Shown: positions 60,215-64,000 of the stretch, one piece after another | How the letters are laid out: each line of letters starts with the position of its first letter | Numbering within the stretch: the first letter of the stretch is position 1 | Origin: Felis catus | Lineage: Eukaryota | Reading direction: 5' to 3' | Assembly (NCBI RefSeq): GCF_018350175.1 | Contig: NC_058373.1 | Location: forward strand, 111,292,001-111,356,000 | DNA: 64,000 nt | Notes under the pieces: model-generated | The model's database searches: none | What the model was told of the DNA's origin: nothing | Seen by the model: the letters and a program-made list of their open reading frames with translations, nothing else | Made by a program: the position numbers and the translations under genes

Positions 60215-60960
60215 GTAATGTGTAAATATGTTTGGAAGAGTGCAATAACACCCAGAAAGTGGGGATGCTTCCTATTATGTTTTAGGAAGAGAATTACACG
60301 TCTGGCAAGCTATCTTAAAAGAATGACTTTTAGCCGTAACCTGTGTGTTCCTATGAGTGTCTGATGCACCTCATGTAAAATGCACCCAACTATTTCCTGG
60401 AGGATATTGGAAGATATTTGGAAACATATGTGCAAGTCCCAAAGTAAAAATCCAAGGCTGATGCAAGTCAGAAAAGGTGCTAGGGTTTGCTATTACACAT
60501 GCCTAAGGCATTTTCTTCTGACTCAGTTATCTGCTTTAAAATTTCTGGCGCTGTTGCTGGTTTTGAATTCTTGAAATGCCAATATAGCAAGGAGATAGTT
60601 AGTGCCAGAAAGATGCCTCAAAAATCTAACTAGCCAATGAAAAAGTATGAAGAATAACATTCCTGACTTCAGGAGGCTTATTTTTGTCATATGGGAGATA
60701 TTATTGTGTAGAAATCATTGTAACACATGAATAATAGGAAGGAAAGCATTGCCATTGAAGGGGGAAAAGTTATTTTGATATAAATATACAATACATTTTG
60801 ATACAAATACATAATATAACATATATATGGTATATATATGGTAGTGCTTTTGGTGGAAAAAAATATATATATATGGCAGTGCTTTTGGCAGGAGGAGTCC
60901 TGCTTTCCTCTCCAATCTGAGACAAAGATCAAGAATTTAACAAAAGGGCGACACTACCAA

Positions 60961-61151
60961 TAGTGCCAGATCTGCCAAATAAAAATGCAAGATGCTCAGT
61001 TAACTTTGAGTGTCAGATAAAGAACAAGGAATTTTTTTAGCATAAATATGCCTTATGCAATATTTGGGACATACTTATACTAAAAAATAATTTGCCGTTT
61101 ATCTGAAACTCAAATTAAGTTGGACTTCCTCTATTTTATCTGCCAATCCTA
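60961..61151 (+). mobile_element. MER53 (hAT MITE), near full length, miR-1302-like hairpin
   Basis: tgccagatctgccaaataaaaatgcaagatgctcagttaac...tgcaatatttgggacatacttatactaaaaaataatttgccgtttatctgaaactc. Confidence 0.92.
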
Positions 61152-61499
61152 GCTGCTCATTGAGGAGGAGTAGATGCATTTTATGTTGTCTTTCCCTCAT
61201 CTCTTGGTTCCTCATGGTAAGATGAGTTGCTATTGACATGCTCCACACGAGTAGAATCCAACAAGGAGTGAGAATACAGTTGAATTTGTGCTATGCTGCA
61301 GAGGCAGAATGGAGGAACAGGCTACAGATGGACTTACCTCAAGAACAACTGTGGGACCAATCTCCTTCTCCCCCCACAAATAAACCACAGGCATGTATAT
61401 GCCTTTACCACATAGGATGAAAGTTGAGCCTTTTAATTTGGATATTAAAGGAAAAGGTGACTCCTGAAGGCTTGAGGACTTGAAGAAATTCCATACTAT

Positions 61500-61828
61500 A
61501 GAAATTCATGGAGGGAGTGAAGGTGGAGGTTTCATAAGCTGGGTCAGTGAATGCTGGATGTGAGCTGGGGTGCACCTGCTATGTGGAGTCAGACTGAGGG
61601 AGCTCCTGGTTTTATGCCACACTAGCTTCCAGAGATGGAGAACATGGAAGTGTGAAGATAAAGGTAGTGATTGGGATGCACAGATGGGTTTGTTAAATGA
61701 ATTGTGGAGGGTCTTGGAGACCATGTTAAATATTTTGGGCTTAATCCATGAAGCAGTGTGGCTCTTCTGAAGCTTTCTGAGCAGGAAATGTCATGATCAG
61801 TCTTATGCCTTAGGAATATTAGTCTGGC

Positions 61829-61868
<40 letters not shown>

Positions 61869-61935
61869 GGCAGTTCTTTATAGAGGGATTGTGAAGGGGG
61901 GAGAGAGTAGAGACAGGGTAATCAATTGAGAGGGG
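61500..61935 (-). mobile_element. L2 fragment
   Basis: ttttgggcttaatcc..ttctgagcaggaaatgtcatgatcagtcttatgccttaggaatattagtctggcag. Confidence 0.7.
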
Positions 61936-62074
61936 GTACAGTCAAGGTTACTGATAGCCCATATGGCATCTACATGTGAATTACAAAAGGTACCTCCCCT
62001 GGGGGGATGCAGACCAGGGCACTCATTTTGGCAAAAGACTGTGCCAAGGCACATGGTTTGGTGACTAAATCAGG

Positions 62075-62420
62075 GGCTAGATTTTAGCTAGCCACTATAA
62101 TAGTTGGTTAACTTACACTAGTGCCTTAATGCCACAAAGATTTATTCCTTGCTCATGTCACAGTCTGGTGCTTGTAGGGTGATTCTCCTGCTAGTGGACC
62201 CTCAGGGATACAGGTAACCTATCTCTATCTTATAATGAGACCATCTGATCTTCAAAATCACCAAGGAAGGAGAAGAAAGAACTGGAGGTTCTCACAGGGG
62301 CACTTATAACCAGATTAGGAAGTGACTTAATATCATTTCTGTCCACATCTTGTTGGCCAGAACATGGATCCAACTTGACTAGCAAGGAGGCTGGGAAATA
62401 TAAAGGATGAGAGTAATTTG
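62075..62420 (-). mobile_element. MaLR LTR (MLT1-like)
   Basis: acaaagatttattccttgctcatg..ggaagtgacttaatatcatttctgtccacatc..gcaaggaggctgggaaatata. Confidence 0.75.
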
Positions 62421-62723
62421 TGCTGCTCTGAGTCTAGAAAGCATTGGAAGATGACTCTAGTATTTGAAGAAGATTGTAAGGATATTATGGGAAATCTGAT
62501 GCACTTTATTCAACTTTCATTTCAATTATAATAAAAAAAGTAATATCCTTTCTCTTGTGCAAGCCTTTTAATGAGCATCTGTATCTAGCAGGTTGGTTTT
62601 TCTAGAACTGTATAGGTGGGACGTCATGAGTTATAAATGCAGAAGTTACCTCCAGACATCATTATATGGTTAATGCTACTCTGCCAGAGCATGACTGACT
62701 TAAAGCTAAAACTATTAAAAAAT

Positions 62724-63015
62724 TATATATATATATACACACATACACACACATATATATACGTATATAGATATATATGTATATAGATATATACGTATCT
62801 ATGTATATACACGTATATATCTATATACCTATATATATGTATATACGTATATAGATATATACGTGTATATACGTATATAGATATATATAGATATATATAT
62901 ATCTATATACGTATATATATGTATATATATATCTATATACGTATATATATCTATATACGTATATATATGTATATCTATATATACGTATATAGATGTATAT
63001 ATATATCTATATATT
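62724..63015. repeat. Palindromic TA-rich compound repeat (TATACG/TATAGA units)
   Basis: Seen directly; contains perfect 23-26 bp inverted arms. Confidence 0.95.
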
Positions 63016-63869
63016 GGAATTTAGATTTGTTGTGAGGAGTGTAAAGTTTATCCCAGGTCCTTTGGTGGGCAAAGTGGCAAGTGGTAATTGGGAGACAATG
63101 AAGAAAGGATTAAAAACTCTCCTACTACAAAATCAAAATTATCTGTGTGCAATCCTGTTTACCAGAGCTCCAGTTAGCCTCTTTGTTACTAAGTTAAGCT
63201 CATAGAAGACAAAGGTACTCTTTGAATATTCAAATTTTGATTGCAGAGTCTCAGACAATCAAAATAGACCCTGACCAATCAGAATTTTGCCATTTTGGTG
63301 AACATTGGCCCTGATATACAGCCAAGTACACTTTAGTTACAAGATCATGAGGAATCATGCATAGTTTAAATAAATATTTCAGACTCATCCCTATGGTTTC
63401 CATGTGTCTTAGACTTTCCAGGAAAATTCAGATTTATAAATAACAGATTTAATTGTTAGATTTAGTTTCACTCCATTTGGTGACTGAAATATGGTCACTA
63501 CAGCCATATCTATCTGAGAGAAGTTAGTAAATGCATTCATTGTAAGTTGGAGGGGAGAACTAATCAAGCACATTTTGTTTTAGAGGCACACAGAATATTA
63601 AAAGTGAAAGGCCTGCATAGATTGTTTTATTAGGCCCTCATTCTTAAAATGAAAAATACTCCTATAAAAGAAAAGACAAAGTTAATTGGATTTCTTCTGT
63701 TATTTAGGAATATGGACATAAGTATGTATAAAATTTCTCAGGATACTGTAAAAATAGCTATTAAAAGGTATTACAACTTCCTTGGAAACCATTTGCAGGC
63801 TCTAACAATACGTTAGGACAAAAACTACTTTTTTTTAGTCAAATCCTTTCTGCTGAAATAGTCACATTC

Positions 63870-63970
63870 TCATTCATTTATTCATTCATTAATTCATTTA
63901 ATGTTGTTTGAGCATCTCCCATAGGCCGAGCACTAATCTAGGCACTGGGGATACAATGCTGAATCCATTC
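63870..63970 (-). mobile_element. L2 3' end
   Basis: cattcatttattcattcatt..ttgagcatctcccataggccgagcactaatctaggcactggggataca. Confidence 0.8.
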
Positions 63971-64000
63971 TGGCTCAATGATCTTTTGTTAGGATTTTGA

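Noticed and set aside
1..64000. CRISPR arrays, prokaryotic operons, intact retroviral or L1 ORFs, numts, snRNA/tRNA genes
   Set aside because: None seen: there are no regularly spaced repeats, no ORF longer than 155 aa, and tRNA-like A/B boxes occur only within SINE heads.

Overview
This is mammalian genomic DNA, almost certainly felid, judged from about 35 carnivore tRNA-derived SINEs (Can-SINE/SINEC_Fc type), three of them very young and near-identical. I recognise no intact protein-coding exon, tRNA/rRNA gene or CpG island, and the listed ORFs are mostly SINE, repeat or chance ORFs, so the window reads as intergenic or deep intronic. The one gene-derived sequence is a 5'-truncated, frameshifted processed pseudogene of mitochondrial ribosomal protein L34 (MRPL34) at 4346-5094. 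It has a poly(A) tail and target-site duplication (TSD) and sits inside an old L1 that was hit repeatedly by later insertions. The rest is old L1M, L2, MIR, ERVL/MaLR LTRs and hAT DNA transposons (three MER53, two MER33, several MER5), plus microsatellites and a palindromic TA-rich array. A few TE-poor stretches carry enhancer-like motif clusters (about 44.4 kb and 49-51 kb) and non-coding exon-like segments on the + strand. I found no convincing new biological system; the regulatory and exon calls are hypotheses. Repeat family names come from recalled consensus sequences, and repeat boundaries are approximate.
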